Source: Eledone cirrhosa (lineage: Eukaryota). Taken from it: a DNA stretch of 64,000 nucleotides. Positions 39,205 through 53,800 of this stretch are shown here, piece by piece (position 1 is the first letter of the stretch; every line of letters starts with the position of its first letter). Position numbers and translations under genes: made by a program. Below the pieces are notes generated by a model, which saw only the letters and a program-made list of their open reading frames with translations, was not told the origin of the DNA and did not search any database. The DNA lies in NCBI GenBank assembly GCA_964016885.1, contig OZ024753.1, positions 44,578,001-44,642,000 on the forward strand, in the 5' to 3' direction.

Positions 39205-39797
39205 TGGTGCTGCTGGTATCATGTATCCCAGTACAACCTGTCCCATGGTCGGGTCGTTGGCGACTAAACTGGCAACCCCACCAAGGTTTCTTGGTGAGGA
39301 GGGTGACTTTGGACATCCTGCAGGACTAAAAACAAAACCTGTCAAAGGGCAAAGGAGCTCTTAAGAGTCAATGGCCATCCAAAATCACCGGGAGAGATGA
39401 CCCCTTAGCCTTTGTCAAGGCAGAATTCTAGGAGAAGGAAAACTCTGATATAACACCTGCAACCCTGATGGTATCCAATGATGTTGACTTGTTCTTCGTT
39501 TTGGTAAATATCATCTTGGTTAAGAGAGTGGGACTGGCTTTGTGCAGTGCCTTTGCTCACTATAAAAGCTTCACGGCACAGGCATTGCTTTATATCTGGA
39601 GATCTCTCTGCACTTGTCATCACATGGTATCATGGGCCCAGCACTGTGTCAATAATTGTCACAAGTGTAGTGTTTGTACCAGAGTTTTCAAGTCGCCGGC
39701 TGGACTAAAAAGTCACACTCGTTCAGCGCATCGGTAGGGGTTCTCCTACATGGATATAAAGTAGTGGCCGTACACAAAAACGTGTTGGCAGCCACCA
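39205..39797 (+). mobile_element. Non-autonomous bipartite RTE (BovB-like) element: 5' UTR fused to 3' end
   Basis: 5' part contains CTAGGAGAAGGAAAACTCTGA. 3' part encodes terminal C2H2-like [26 protein letters not shown] second decayed finger (KSLAGLK) lies at about 39975-40040. Confidence 0.7.
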
Positions 39798-40179
39798 TAT
39801 ATATATGTATGTATGTATGTATATATGTATGTGTATATATATATACATATATGTATGTATTTACATACATATATATACATATATGTATGTAAATACATAT
39901 ATGTATATATGTATGTGTATATATATATATAATTGTATGTATATATATATATATATATGTATGTACATTTTTTTGCAATGCGTGGTATTGCTGGCCATAG
40001 GCAAGTCCCTAGCTGGACTAAAAAAACCACATCTGTGATACTCCTGCTTAAGTATCAAACGATGACATAACTCGAAATTGAGTTGCAGCAATCCTGTGTA
40101 TATATATATCATCAACATAATCATTTAACATCTGCTTTACATAAGTATGTATGTATATATATATATATATATATATATA

Positions 40180-40639
40180 CATGGCTTAGTGGTTAGAGCA
40201 TTGGCCTTGCAATCGAAAGGTTGTGAATTCAATTATCAGACCGGGTGATGTGTTGTTTCCTTGAGCAAGACACTTTATTTCACGTTGCTCCAGTTTACTC
40301 AGCTGTAGAAATCAAGCCAGAATCAGTTCCCGTCCCACCCTTGCAAGCAGGGAAAAGTGGACGTAAAATGAAATGATGAAATGATGATGATGATATATAT
40401 ATATATATCACCTTGACCGACCAGTCTGTCGCTGGTCACAGCACGTCGTGCCGTTTTAGCCATAAGATAACGCCATCCCACTGGCTGGGTGGGCAGGCCG
40501 GTACTCATTTCTACAGCTGAGTAAACTGGAGCAACTTGAAATAAAGTGTCTTGCTCAAGGAAACAACACATCACCCGGTCCGAGAATTGAACTCACAACC
40601 TTTCGATTGCAAGCCCAATGCTCTAACCACTAAGCCATG
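40180..40639. mobile_element. Two CORE-type SINEs in inverted (tail-to-tail) orientation
   Basis: Arms 40180-40312 and 40507-40639, 5 mismatches in about 132 bp; the two tails differ. Confidence 0.9.
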
Positions 40640-40646
40640 CACCTTC

Positions 40647-40681
<35 letters not shown>

Positions 40682-42861
40682 ATACATCTTATATATATAT
40701 ATGTACACATAAAGTGTACTGATACTACAGGTTTAGGATTCAATATGGATGAAATGACTATGAAAAATCAGATAAACTTGAGCAAGTATAATATAGATAA
40801 CTATCAGACACACCTATATATTTGAGAAAGACCATAGTTGCTAGAAGACAGAAGATAAATATCAAACATCTATAATTATAAAGACTTTCCTGCTAATTTC
40901 TTCTATCTTTTCTATATTCTGTTATGCTGCTTTAACTTTAGTGTTTACTGATGAGAAGATTGTTAAACAATGTTTTTTTGATAACGACTATTAATTAATG
41001 TCTGAGATGAATCGAAAGAGTTTTTTTTATTTTTTATTTTATGAAGAAATCAACTCTAGAGTATAATTTCAAGATTTTATTGGCCCTAAAGAAAAACATT
41101 GGATATCATAGAATATGGAAGTAATTTCAGTGTTAAACAAATAAATAACCATTTCATGTATTTGCACTTGGTAACATGGATAATTTCTTCATTTTTTCAA
41201 AAATATTTGGGCTTTCAATTCATTAACCTATGCTCCATAATTCACCGTGTGTCTATAATATTTATTGATTTTAATATTTATGTCATGAAAGGTGTGTAAA
41301 TCATTAATTGTTTATGAGGTGAAGAAAAGAAACTCACCGATTCATCATCATTTTTACATCTGCTTTCTATACCGGCAATAGGTGGGACTAGACAGGTCAG
41401 AGAACCATGTTTTGAATTTTATGTTTTATATTTGATGTGGTTTCTACAACTGGATCCTCTCCTTAATGCCAATCAATTTACAGAGTGTACTGGATGCATT
41501 TTATCTTGACACCACCAGAACTACAACTTTACAGAGTGTACTGGGGCATTTTATTGAGACACCAGCACTACAAAAAAAAAAACCAAAAAAAAAACAGATT
41601 TTTTCACTTCACTTTCCTTTGATGTGATATTCACATCAACACTATATCAAGTTCTAAAAGGGTTATAACTCCTGCCTTGATTAGGTAGAACACTAATGTA
41701 TCAAAAGCTCTAATGTTGGCAGTTTCTATGATAAACATACTCAGTACATGCTGTAAAAGTGTTAGGGATAGGAAAGGTGTCCAACCACAGCTTACCAAAC
41801 AAGGGATCAAGAACATTCTGTAGTTGTGCCGAAGACATGTCAGCCTCCCTAGAGTTGGTGAACTTCACAATAAAGGCACACAGCACATGCTGTAAAGAGG
41901 TTGGTGATAGGAAGGCATCCAGTTGTAGAAAACCTGCTAAAGAATCTCTTGAGCTGTGTCAAAGGCATAACAACCTCCTTAATGTGGGTGTTATGATAAA
42001 ATGCACTCAGTAGAGTTTTGGGCCTTATGTAAGCAAGAGGCAGCAGAAGTGGCAGAAGATTGAGAACTCACTGGGAAATATATAGGGTATCCAGACATGC
42101 CCACCTGTACCAAAAGCAGAAAACCAAAAGTTACAATGAGTAGCACCCTTCCATTCACTGGTGTTGTTCAATCAAGTTTATCCTCCTGGTATTTATTTCA
42201 TTAAATAAAGAGGGTCTGATTAATATTGAATTCAAAACTACAATATATATTCAGTCCTGAGATTATATAAGTTTCCCATATGTCATCTGAATGTCACAGT
42301 TATAAGAAGTTCATCTGAAATTGAGGAGTAAGATGTTTGTGTGATGTTAGTATTGTTAATAATAAAGTATTTTATTACATTGGTGGAATCCTCTTATAGA
42401 ATGTTTACAACATTTTAATGGACATTTTATAGTCTAGCCTTAAGGTATTCAGGTAGCAACTGCATGCTCCTTGTAAATGTTAGACAATCAGGTGTGTGTT
42501 TAGAAGGAACAAAGAAGAGAATGTTGAGATAACAAGGAAGGAAATTAATGATGTGCTTGAGGAAATGTTATATCTGTGTGTCTACTGTGACAGGGAATGA
42601 GGAAGAGTTCTCCATTGACATGCAGTTTATTAAAGAAGATACCAATTTAAGCAATTAACTTCAACTGAGTATTTAGACAAATCATGTTAATATCTAGCTT
42701 GATCAACATTATTGTAACAGCTTTAACTGTTGTTCGTGTGTAATACTGGCTGAAGAGTAGTGAACTTTAATTCTTGAGGAGGGTTCTTGAAGACTGGTAG
42801 AGATACATGATATTTTATATTAGATTCAAGCTTCTTTCTGTAAAGTGGTTGTACTTATACT

Positions 42862-44400
42862 AGAAACCTCCTCTGAGATACAACGTATTAAGTCAACTAA
42901 ACCAACATAAGTGTGAGCTGTTACAACTTTATAGATAGATCTGAGGCCCCCTATAATTAAAGCAACCAAGAAACCTATGAGGTACAACCTTGTAGAAGGC
43001 CAACCAAACCTACATCCATGTTAGATATAACAACTTCACATGTGTGTGTTTGTATGGTAGAAATGGTGTCCCCTATCATTAAAATACCCAAGAAACCTCC
43101 TATGTGATACAACAACGTATTAGGACAACTAAACCTACATAAGTGTGAGCTGTAACAACTTCATATGTGTGTGTTTATGTGGTAGAAATGGTGTCCCCTA
43201 TCATTAAAATACCCAAGAAACCTCCTATGAGATACAACAAGGTATTAAGACAACTAAACCTACATAAGTGTGAGCTGTAACAACTTCATATGTGTGTGTT
43301 TATGTGGTAGAAATGGTGTCCCCTATCATTAAAATACCCAAGAAACCTCCTATGAGATACAACAAGGTATTAAGACAACTAAACCTACATAAGTGTGAGC
43401 TGTAACAACTTCATATGTGTGTGTTTATGTGGTAGAAATGGTGTCCCCTATCATTAAAATACCCAAGAAACCTCCTATGAGATACAACAAGGTATTAAGA
43501 CAACTAAACCTACATAAGTGTGAGCTGTAACAACTTCATATGTGTGTGTTTATGTGGTAGAAATGGTGTCCCCTATCATTAAAATACCCAAGAAACCTCC
43601 TATGTGATACAACAACGTATTAGGACAACTAAACCTACATAAGTGTGAGCTGTAACAACTTCATATGTGTGTGTTTATGTGGTAGAAATGGTGTCCCCTA
43701 TCATTAAAATACCCAAGAAACCTCCTATGAGATACAACAAGGTATTAAGACAACCAAACCTACATCCATGTTAGATATAACAACTTCACATGTGTGTGTT
43801 TGTATGGTAGAAATGGTGTCCCCTATCATTAAAATACCCAAGAAACCTCCTATGAGATACAAGGTATTAAGACAACTAAACCTACATAAGTGTGAGCTGT
43901 AACAACTTCATATGTGTGTGTTTATGTGGTAGAAATGGTGTCCCTATCATTAAAATACCCAAGAAACCTCCTATGAGATACAACAAGGTATTAAGACAAC
44001 TAAACCTACATAAGTGTGAGCTGTAACAACTTCATATGTGTGTGTTTATGTGGTAGAAATGGTGTCCCCTATCATTAAAATACCCAAGAAAACTCCTATG
44101 AGATACAACAAGGTATTAAGACAACTAAACCTACATAAGTGTGAGCTGTAACAACTTCATATGTGTGTGTTTATGTGGTAGAAATGGTGTCCCTATCATT
44201 AAAATACCCAAGAAAACTCCTATGAGATACAACAAGGTATTAAGACAACTAAACCTACATAAGTGTGAGCTGTAACAACTTCATATGTGTGTGTTTATGT
44301 GGTAGAAATGGTGTCCCTATCATTAAAATACCCAAGAAACCTCCTATGGGATACAACAAGGTATTAAGATAACTAAACCTACTTAGGTGTAAGCTGTAAC
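42862..44400. repeat. 125-bp minisatellite, about 12 copies
   Basis: GTGTCCC at 43066, 43191, 43316, 43441, 43566, 43691, 43816, 43938, 44062, 44187 and 44311; degenerate units at both edges. Confidence 0.97.
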
Positions 44401-44913
44401 TTTAATATTTTTTAAAGAAAACAGATCTCTAAGATGGTATTTAAGAAAGCTCAGCTAAGTTTAGAAAATGTCTAATATTTACATATACCATAGCTACTCA
44501 ACCAAAGAGGGTTTTGGCTTTGTGCCCTGTGAAATACAACCAATATTACAATATGAGCTTCCCCATTCTATCTGCCTTTTCCGACTTGCAATAATTTCTT
44601 TGCTCTAGACAATTCAAGCACAATCTAATTTCCTTTTGCTCAGATATCATCAAACAGACTCATGTTGTTAAAATTCTTTTATTTCCTTTTGTCCAGAGCA
44701 TTTGTTGAGAGGTTTTCTTTTTCCACCTCATACACTTTCCCCTGCAATCATATTGCTACAAAAAAATAATAGACAATAGTTTGTTTGTTTATATATATAT
44801 ATATATGTATATGTGTGCATGTTTGTGTGTGTGTATGTATATATATACATACACACATACACATATATGTGTATATATATATATATATGCATATATATAT
44901 ATATTTATGTATT

Positions 44914-44964
<51 letters not shown>

Positions 44965-44990
44965 GTATATATATATATGTATATATATAC

Positions 44991-45028
<38 letters not shown>

Positions 45029-45033
45029 GTATT

Positions 45034-45077
<44 letters not shown>

Positions 45078-45362
45078 TATATATATATATATTTATGTAT
45101 TTACGTATATATATATATATATTTGTTAGTATTACTTGTTTGTCTTTTGTTATGTTATTTCTTTGTTTTTTTTGGCTAATTGGCTTTGTACTGAAAGGTA
45201 TTCTTCATTAATACGTATGTATGTATATATATATATATATATATATATGTTTATGTAATGTATATATATATATATATGTATATATGTAAGGATGCCTATT
45301 ATCAAAGGATATATGGTACAATATGTGCAGTTTACCAATAACTGATATTCCATAGGTTGCTA

Positions 45363-45463
<101 letters not shown>

Positions 45464-45593
45464 TCCTTAAGCACTTAAATAACCATTCAATGTTGTGCTC
45501 TTCCTTTTGCTTGTGTATTTCGGTTGAATGGACGAAGAAACCTTTTCTTGAAATCCGGAAAAAAAAAATCATTAATGTGTATACATAAACATT

Positions 45594-45636
<43 letters not shown>

Positions 45637-45693
45637 ATATATATAATGTATGTATATATATATAAATGAACATTCATACATATATATATATGC

Positions 45694-45732
<39 letters not shown>

Positions 45733-45802
45733 AACATACACACATATATATATACATATATATATATAATATATATGTGTGTGTGTGTATATATATATAC
45801 AC

Positions 45803-45911
<109 letters not shown>

Positions 45912-46234
45912 CATATATATATACTATTTTTCAGTTTGGAACATTCTATGTTTCATAAGTACACATTTTGCTTCTTCTTTCTTATTAGTCAATAGATAGA
46001 ATTGTATCTTGTGCTATGGTATGTTGTTCTGTTTCCTTTTGTACTACAATCTCTAGCAACTAGTTTCTATTACCTGCTGGTGTACTGGGAACAGTGATCC
46101 TATACTTATAATCTATTGAAATTGTAGTGATTCCCAGCGGATAGCTGATAATACAGATTGTCTCCAGTTTGCTCCAAACTACAAATGTCTGTTGTTCTAC
46201 TTGCCTGAGCTGAGATTTTGATATATGTATGTGA

Positions 46235-46271
<37 letters not shown>

Positions 46272-46396
46272 CTGTATGTATATATATACATACATATATA
46301 TATATATATTTTTTTTTTTTGCACTTGTAGTGTTATCTATGGAGATTTGGTCATTTTGATTGTGAGTACTCAACTGCAAGCTTCCGGCAGATATAA

Positions 46397-46461
<65 letters not shown>

Positions 46462-46998
46462 AGAAGTTCTATTTAAATTGTTGGGATACAACAGGCAAAT
46501 ATTTTTATAACTGATATAAAGCACTCAACAAAATATTGGAGTAAAAATACGATATATTAACAAATGGAAACTATATTTATTTCATTATACATATTTCAAG
46601 GACACCAAGTTGAATTATGGTGTGCTTTCATCAGATAAAATATAATATAGAGCAGTTTTATAAATAAATATTGACATACCCTTAAAGAATATATATATAT
46701 ATATATTGTTATACTTGGGGATTCCCATGTTTACAATATAATTGGGCTGTGTGTTGTGTTCTTGAGCAAAACACTTCATTTGACATTGCTCCAGTATACT
46801 CACCTGAAAATGAGTACCAGTAATAGCTGGTACTGTAATGGACTTTAACCCTGTAATGGACTGGCATTCTGTCCAGGGGCGGGTCTTGTACTCTATCAGT
46901 TCACGCCACAGAAACTGGGGTAAGCTCAAGCTTGATGAGCTTCTGGGCTTGGAACAGACTTTAGACTTAAAAAGTTATATGATGATAATATTTTGTTG

Positions 46999-47765
46999 AG
47001 TTCTATAGAGGTAATGTGTTTAGTTCTATAGAGGTAATGTGTTTTGTTCTATAGATGTAATGTGTTTAGTTCTATAGAGGTAATGTGTTTAGTTCTATAG
47101 AGGTAATGTGTTTAGTTCTATAGAGGTAATGCGTTTAGTTCTATAGAGGTAATGTGTTTTGTTCTATAGATGTAATGTGTTTAGTTCTATAGAGGTAATG
47201 TGTTTAGTTCTATAGAGGTAATGTGTTTAGTTCTATAGAGGTAATGTGTTTAGTTCTATAGAGGTAATGTGTTTAGTTCTATAGAGGTAATGTGTTTAGT
47301 TCTATAGATGTAATGTGTTTAGTTCTATAGAGGTAATGTGTTTAGTTCTATAGAGGTAATGTGTTTAGTTCTATAGATGTAATGTGTTTAGTTCTATAGA
47401 GGTAATGTGTTTAGTTCTATAGAGGTAATGTGTTTAGTTCTATAGAGGTAATGTGTTTAGTTCTATAGAGGTAATGTGTTTAGTTCTATAGAGGTAATGT
47501 GTTTAGTTCTATAGAGGTAATGTGTTTAATTCTATAGAGGTAATGTGTTTAGTTCTATAGATGTAATGTGTTTAGTTCTATAGAGGTAATGTGTTTAGTT
47601 CTATAGAGGTAATGTGTTTAGTTCTATAGATGTATTGTGTTTAGTTCTATAGAGGTACTGTTTAGTTCTATAGAGGTACTGTGTTTAGTTCTATAGAGGT
47701 ACTGTTTAGTTCTATAGATGTATTGTGTTTAGTTCTATAGAGGTACTGTTTAGTTCTATGGAGGT
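46999..47765. repeat. 23-bp minisatellite GTTCTATAGAGGTAATGTGTTTA, about 33 copies
   Basis: Head-to-tail with no spacers; 21-bp variants at the right end. Confidence 0.97.
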
Positions 47766-48298
47766 ATATTTAAGACATTAGAATTCTGTTGCTGTGTGTT
47801 TAGATTTCACAGGTTTCAAATCAGTAAATTTGTTTGGTTTGTGATGTACTGGAATTCTCCAAAGTTGGTTACATTAGTCTCAATAATGACGATGGTAATG
47901 TCAACTTTACATATTTCTTCTTTGTTCAACATTAAATCTTACTCATGAGAATCACGTAGAAAGTAAGACACTGACTAAAGACAGGCTATTAGTAATTAAA
48001 TATTTTTAGTGCCAGACTTTTAGTCCATAAAATATATTCAGTTCTTCTCCAATCTAATGAGATTACTCTTAAGCTTCTCTTTTCACCGCAATAACAAATA
48101 ATAAAAACTTTTCTAGCTTACCATTACAACAAACTGGAACAATTCCTTCTAAATGACCGGCATTAACTCTTAACATCTTGTAATGATTTATCAGAAAATA
48201 TGTAAAGACAAACTTAAAATCATCATCACCATTGTTTTCATGCCTGTTTTTCTACACTTGCAGGGGTTGGATGGATCCTTTTCACTGCAACACATTAA

Positions 48299-48519
48299 CC
48301 CTTTAGCATTTACATTACTCCATATATACTATTGTATTTTCACAGTAAATACTTTATTTCACATAATTATCTAACATAATATCGAATCTACGAGATTTTG
48401 ATACTGTTTATTTTGAGAACAATACCTTAACATCAGTATGAGTGACTGTTTACAGCCAGTTTGAACAGAAAGTGGTGAGAGAATTCTGGCCGGATATGGC
48501 CGATGTAAATCCTAAACGG
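48299..48519 (+). mobile_element. piggyBac-type MITE
   Basis: TTAA at 48295-98 and 48520-23; same TIR and body as 19724-19982. Confidence 0.9.
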
Positions 48520-49497
48520 TTAAATATGAAAGCCTTTACTTTAATATTGCATATTTCACAACAATTTGTCCTGTAGTAGATATACTATAAACATTTGAAT
48601 TAACAAACCTGTTTTTACATATATTTCTGGTGATGTTAATTGTTGTATACATGTATGGTCCTGTAACTACTGATGGAGTTATAGGGGCACCATTGTGGAA
48701 TACAGCATTTCTAGGGCATTTTAAGCCTGGCAGAGCCCATCTCTCTTTAGGTCTGAACACAACAGATTTCTTCCAGAGAATGATAGAAAGTGGAGAGAAT
48801 GGAAGTAAGAAAGAGATGTAGAATTCAATAATAATCCTTTGTTCTCCAACAAAATAAACTTCTGCTTTGAGTTAGTGTAGTTATAACTATACCATTGTGG
48901 CGTTACTGTAGTTGGTGTTAAACAATGATCAACAAATAGAAGACGCTAACTAGAACAGATTTTAGAAAGGGAGTAACTATTCTTCAATGATCAATACTAA
49001 TCATTAAAGTAATAATTATTCAGTTTTTTTTTTTTGTTTTTTGTTTTTTTAGTGAAGATATTTAGAAATATCTCAACAGAAAAGATTATTCTTATTAACA
49101 AATTTAATTCTGTAATTGACGAGAAAGCAAACTCTTAGATCAATGGTTTTCAACCTTTTATTTATTTTATATATTTTTAATAAGATAGCTTCTCTAATTG
49201 GCTTATTTTGGTGATAACATCAAAAGTAATTTCTGTTGCATAGATTCCCTTTGAAAATTTAAATGCTGGCAATGAACAAGATACCCTTGTTCTAATAACC
49301 CAATAAAAATACTACTACTGACTCCAATTTAATACAACAGCAACAAATGTTTTAAACCCATTTTATATTAAAAACTGAAAATTATACAGGAAAAAATCTG
49401 TCATAATGAATACCAATTGATAAAGAATTTATTTCTTCTTACAGCAAAGAAGATATATTTAACCATTTTAATACCAAACTGTCTGAAAATTACCTGA

Positions 49498-49735
49498 AAA
49501 CTACCTGCATCAGTTGTTAGCTGTCGAGATACTGTATCCTTTAAAACCTCCATGCTTCCTGAGATTCTCCAACACTACACCTGATATTCCCTCTCCATAC
49601 ACACGCACACATGTATATTATGACTCATACACTATTCACTTCCCTGACATTTGTACATTTTCTATGTACTATACATGCACATTTGATGAGTTGTAGTGCA
49701 CCTGAGCACTGTACACAATAATTTCATTATTATTA
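49498..49735 (+). mobile_element. CR1-like LINE 3' end inserted into an older MITE
   Basis: KLPASVVSCRDTVSFKTSMLPEILQHYT*, then 3' UTR and (ATT)n tail. Confidence 0.7.
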
Positions 49736-51189
49736 AAATGTTCCTGCTTCTACAAAGCAAAACTTTATATTTTAAAGTGTTTATATTTATCCAAAAACTT
49801 TCCATCATAATTTTATATGAAAACCGTTGTTAAGTTATGATCCAAACACCAGCTTCATAATGAGATAGTTAGTTATTTTACTAAATCTCTCCAAATTTTT
49901 CGTTCTTTTCAAAATAAATCTAAACAGAAGAGTTACGTATTTCATTAGGAATATAATATAGAAAGGAATAATGTAGATGAAACTAGTATTTTTTTATATC
50001 AGCTGTTGCTCCATTAAATTCTAGCAAGCAAGGAGAATAACTTTAGCTGCTAATATGAACACTAAATACAGAGGAGGGGGCCTGATATTGTTAGTGTTGA
50101 AAACAAAATACAAGACTGTACTGGATAATTAATGTAGCATCACCAGTAATACACGGGGGGGGGGGAGTTTAATTGACTTTCCCCTCCCCTTCAAATTGCT
50201 GGCCTTGTGCCTAAAGTAGAAACAATTATTATTATCATTATTATTAGGAATATAGAAGTGATTTATTACATTAGCATACATTTGCAGTAAATTAGTATAA
50301 TTAATTGAATTGAATTAATTAAATTCCTAGCACTCTACTGCTCGGACCACATCAATATAATAATATTGATAATTATAATGGCTAATTAGCTAAAATAACA
50401 CACTTACACACACACACATGCCACACCTTCACACATACACACTCTCTCTCTCCCACACACACAGCACCCTCTCACACAGTCATACACACTCCTCATTCTC
50501 TCTCCCGTTCTCCCTCTCACACATACACACATCACACCCTCTCACATACTCTCTCACCCTCTTTCTCTGTCTACCACACACACACACACACACACCACCT
50601 TCTCTTTCTCCCCCCCCCCCAACACACACACAAACAAACAAACACACACACATGTATTTATATTTACTGAAAATATGTTGTAATGAAATAAGCTAGTGTT
50701 GAAAGAAGAGAGAATTATAGAATTTATCCAGAAACACATTTCAAATATTTTTTTTTTAATTTGTTTCAATTGTTTACATATTTTATTTTATTTTTTAGTT
50801 TTTTTTTTTTCAAGTTTGAAATAATTCCATGTAGAAGTGTAATTTTATTTCCAAATTTAAATGCTAAATACATTGAGAATTTAAAATGTAATTAAATTGA
50901 ATGTGTTATCAATCAATTTTTTACTTAATGTAGTTAAGAGAGAAAAAACTTGCTTTGAGCAAGATTACTTGAGGGTGTCATTACATAGAAAATCTTCAGC
51001 TGTTCTTTTATTAATGGTTTAAGGAATATACACATACATGTAAATATATATACACATACGTAGATAGACATGCAGGCATACATATATATATACACAAACA
51101 CATACATGTAAATATACATACACACATATATATATATATTTGCTGGCATACATATATGTATACACACAAACATACATGTAAATATACAT

Positions 51190-51221
<32 letters not shown>

Positions 51222-51222
51222 C

Positions 51223-51264
<42 letters not shown>

Positions 51265-51312
51265 GCTGGCATACATACAGATACACACACAAACATACAT
51301 GTAAATATACAT

Positions 51313-51358
<46 letters not shown>

Positions 51359-51957
51359 GCTGGCATACATACAGATACACACACAAACATACATGTAGAT
51401 AGATAGACATACAGGTATACATATATATATATATATATACACAAACACATACATGCAAATATACATACACATATATATATATATAGACATGCTGGTATAC
51501 ATACATACATACATATATATAGAGAGACATGCTGGCATACATACAGATACACACACAAACATACATACATAGACATGCAGACATACATATATATAGACAT
51601 GTAGGCATACACACACACACACACAAACACACATACTCGTGCAGGCATACATACACATAAACACACATACATTCATAAACATGCAGGAATATATACATAT
51701 ATACACATGCAAACAAACATATATAGACATGCACGTATACATACATAGACATGCATACACCCATACACACACTCAGGCACACATACTAACATGCAAGGGC
51801 ATATACACACAAAAAGGCCTATATATGTATATAATATATATATGTGTGTGCGTATACATATATAATGTATATACACTCATGTATGTATGTATATTTATAT
51901 ATAAATATATAAATTCATATTTATTAAGGCTAAATAGTGAGCCTTTCTATTATGGAG

Positions 51958-52232
51958 TTTTACCTGTTTATCACAGGATCAGAAACCAGTACCAGTAACA
52001 AACTGGGGTCGATTTAATTAATTCACCTTGCCCCCAAATTGTTGGCCATGTAATTATATCAGAAACTAGTACCAGTAACACACTGGGGTCGATTTAATCA
52101 ACTTACCTTCCCTAAAGATTGTTGGCTAAGTACTTTTATCAGAAACCAGTACCAGTAATACATTGAGATTGATTTAATCAACTTATCTTCCCCACAAAAT
52201 TTTTGGCTATGTACTTTTATCAGAAACCATTA
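51958..52232 (+). repeat. 80-81 bp tandem repeat made from the SINE family M 3' half
   Basis: ATCAGAAAC at 51978, 52058, 52138 and 52219. Confidence 0.85.
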
Positions 52233-52703
52233 TATCCATATCCCTTCATTTAAATAAGAGTTTATTATATCTATTCATATCACAGTAATTAACCTTAAAT
52301 AATGCCACCTACTCTTAATGAATTATTATTAATAATAATTAGTATTATTATTATTAATAATTAGACTCTGTTTTAAGGCCAATAACAATATAGTTTACTG
52401 CTCAATCTCATATTATAAATAAATGTTCTGCTCATATAATCATATACTGAAATAATTAAGAATTCTATTAACTCATTAATCAGTGTTTTAACCAAGTATT
52501 CACAAAGCAATAACTGGTATAATTAATTAACTAAGGAAACATTTTGCTAATCTCCATAAAACTCACCTGATCTCTCCAATAATTACTTGTAATAATGCAT
52601 AGAATTAAATTATCTTTGATCACCATTATTATTATTATCATTATTATCATTAGTATTACTTGTGTTATTATTTTTATTATTATTGTTATTATTATTATCT
52701 CAC

Positions 52704-52782
52704 CTTTGAAGTTAGAGTAAAACAAACAAAAATCCCCCAAAACCAACATCCCATTTATTTTAATAGGATCAATGGAATTTCT
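52704..52782 (-). other. Candidate 79-nt exon
   Basis: Acceptor tattttcttttag|, donor AAG|GTGAGA. Open as RNSIDPIKINGMLVLGDFCLFYSNFK, or MGCWFWGIFVCFTLTSK from an internal ATG. A second strong donor CAG|GTGAGT lies at 52567. Confidence 0.35.
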
Positions 52783-53389
52783 CTAAAAGAAAATATAATG
52801 GTTCCTTAATCTCTGATTATATTATCTTTACCATATTTGGTTAGTTATTTGTTTATATATTTATTTATTTATTTATTTTGTTTATTTATTATTTATTTAT
52901 TTATTTGTTTTATTTGTTTATTATTTATTTATTTATTTGTTTATATATTTATTATTTTGTTTGTTTATATATTTATTCATTTTTGTTTATTTTTTATTTA
53001 TTTTATTTTTGTTTATTTTCTTTATTTGTTTATTTATTTGTATACATAATTATTTCTTTATTTATTTATATATGTCTTTATTTCCTGATATATTATTATT
53101 ATCATTTTTGTGAGGAGGTTGCAGTATTCAGTCACGCATAAACTGAGGCTGAACTGGACACTTAGTATCTGGTATTTTGCCAGACTCTCCACTGTTCTCT
53201 ACAAAACTGAACAATATAATTGGTAGATGAAACACTGGCATGTTAGATTGTAAAGGGAGTTAGCTAGTGGACGGTAAAAATAATGATATTTCGGAATAGA
53301 TTTGAGATATCAATGATAATCTGTGAAACTGTATTTTCTAGAGGTTGGGATTATGAATAATATGCACAAATCCTGAATTTTATTTGCTC

Positions 53390-53500
53390 CAAGATATTGC
53401 TATTTCGAGATAAATTTTATATGTTTGGCAATTGTGCTAGCTACACTTTTTCCCAAATGTAAGGTGACCAATGAAACTCTACTACATTCAGTCCTTCAGT
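53390..53500 (+). mobile_element. L1/Tx1-clade LINE remnant
   Basis: LLFRDKFYMFGNCASYTFPKCKVTNETLLHSVLQC with one frameshift. Confidence 0.6.
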
Positions 53501-53572
53501 GTATGTAGAGAGAAAGTTTTATATGTAGAAAAGAATGGATACCTGATAGTGTGTATATGTTGTGTTCTTTAA

Positions 53573-53791
53573 CCCTTTGGCATTTAAACCGGCCATATCC
53601 GGCAAGAATTATCTCACCTCTTTCTGTTCAAACTGGCCGTAACTAGCTATCTATACTGATGTTAAGCTATTGTTCTCAAAATAAATATCAAAATCTCATA
53701 GATTCAATATTATGTGAGATAAATATTGGGAGATTAAGTCTTTACTGCGAAAATACAATAATAAATATAGAGTAATGTAAATGGTAAAATG
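53573..53791 (-). mobile_element. piggyBac-type MITE
   Basis: TTAA at 53569-72 and 53792-95; reverse-orientation copy of the same family. Confidence 0.85.
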
Positions 53792-53800
53792 TTAACAAAG

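Noticed and set aside
39468-39737. Host C2H2 zinc-finger gene
   Set aside because: A single terminal finger embedded in RTE sequence; not a tandem TGEKP-linked array.
46999-47765. CRISPR-like array
   Set aside because: Units are contiguous with no unique spacers; eukaryotic context and no cas genes.
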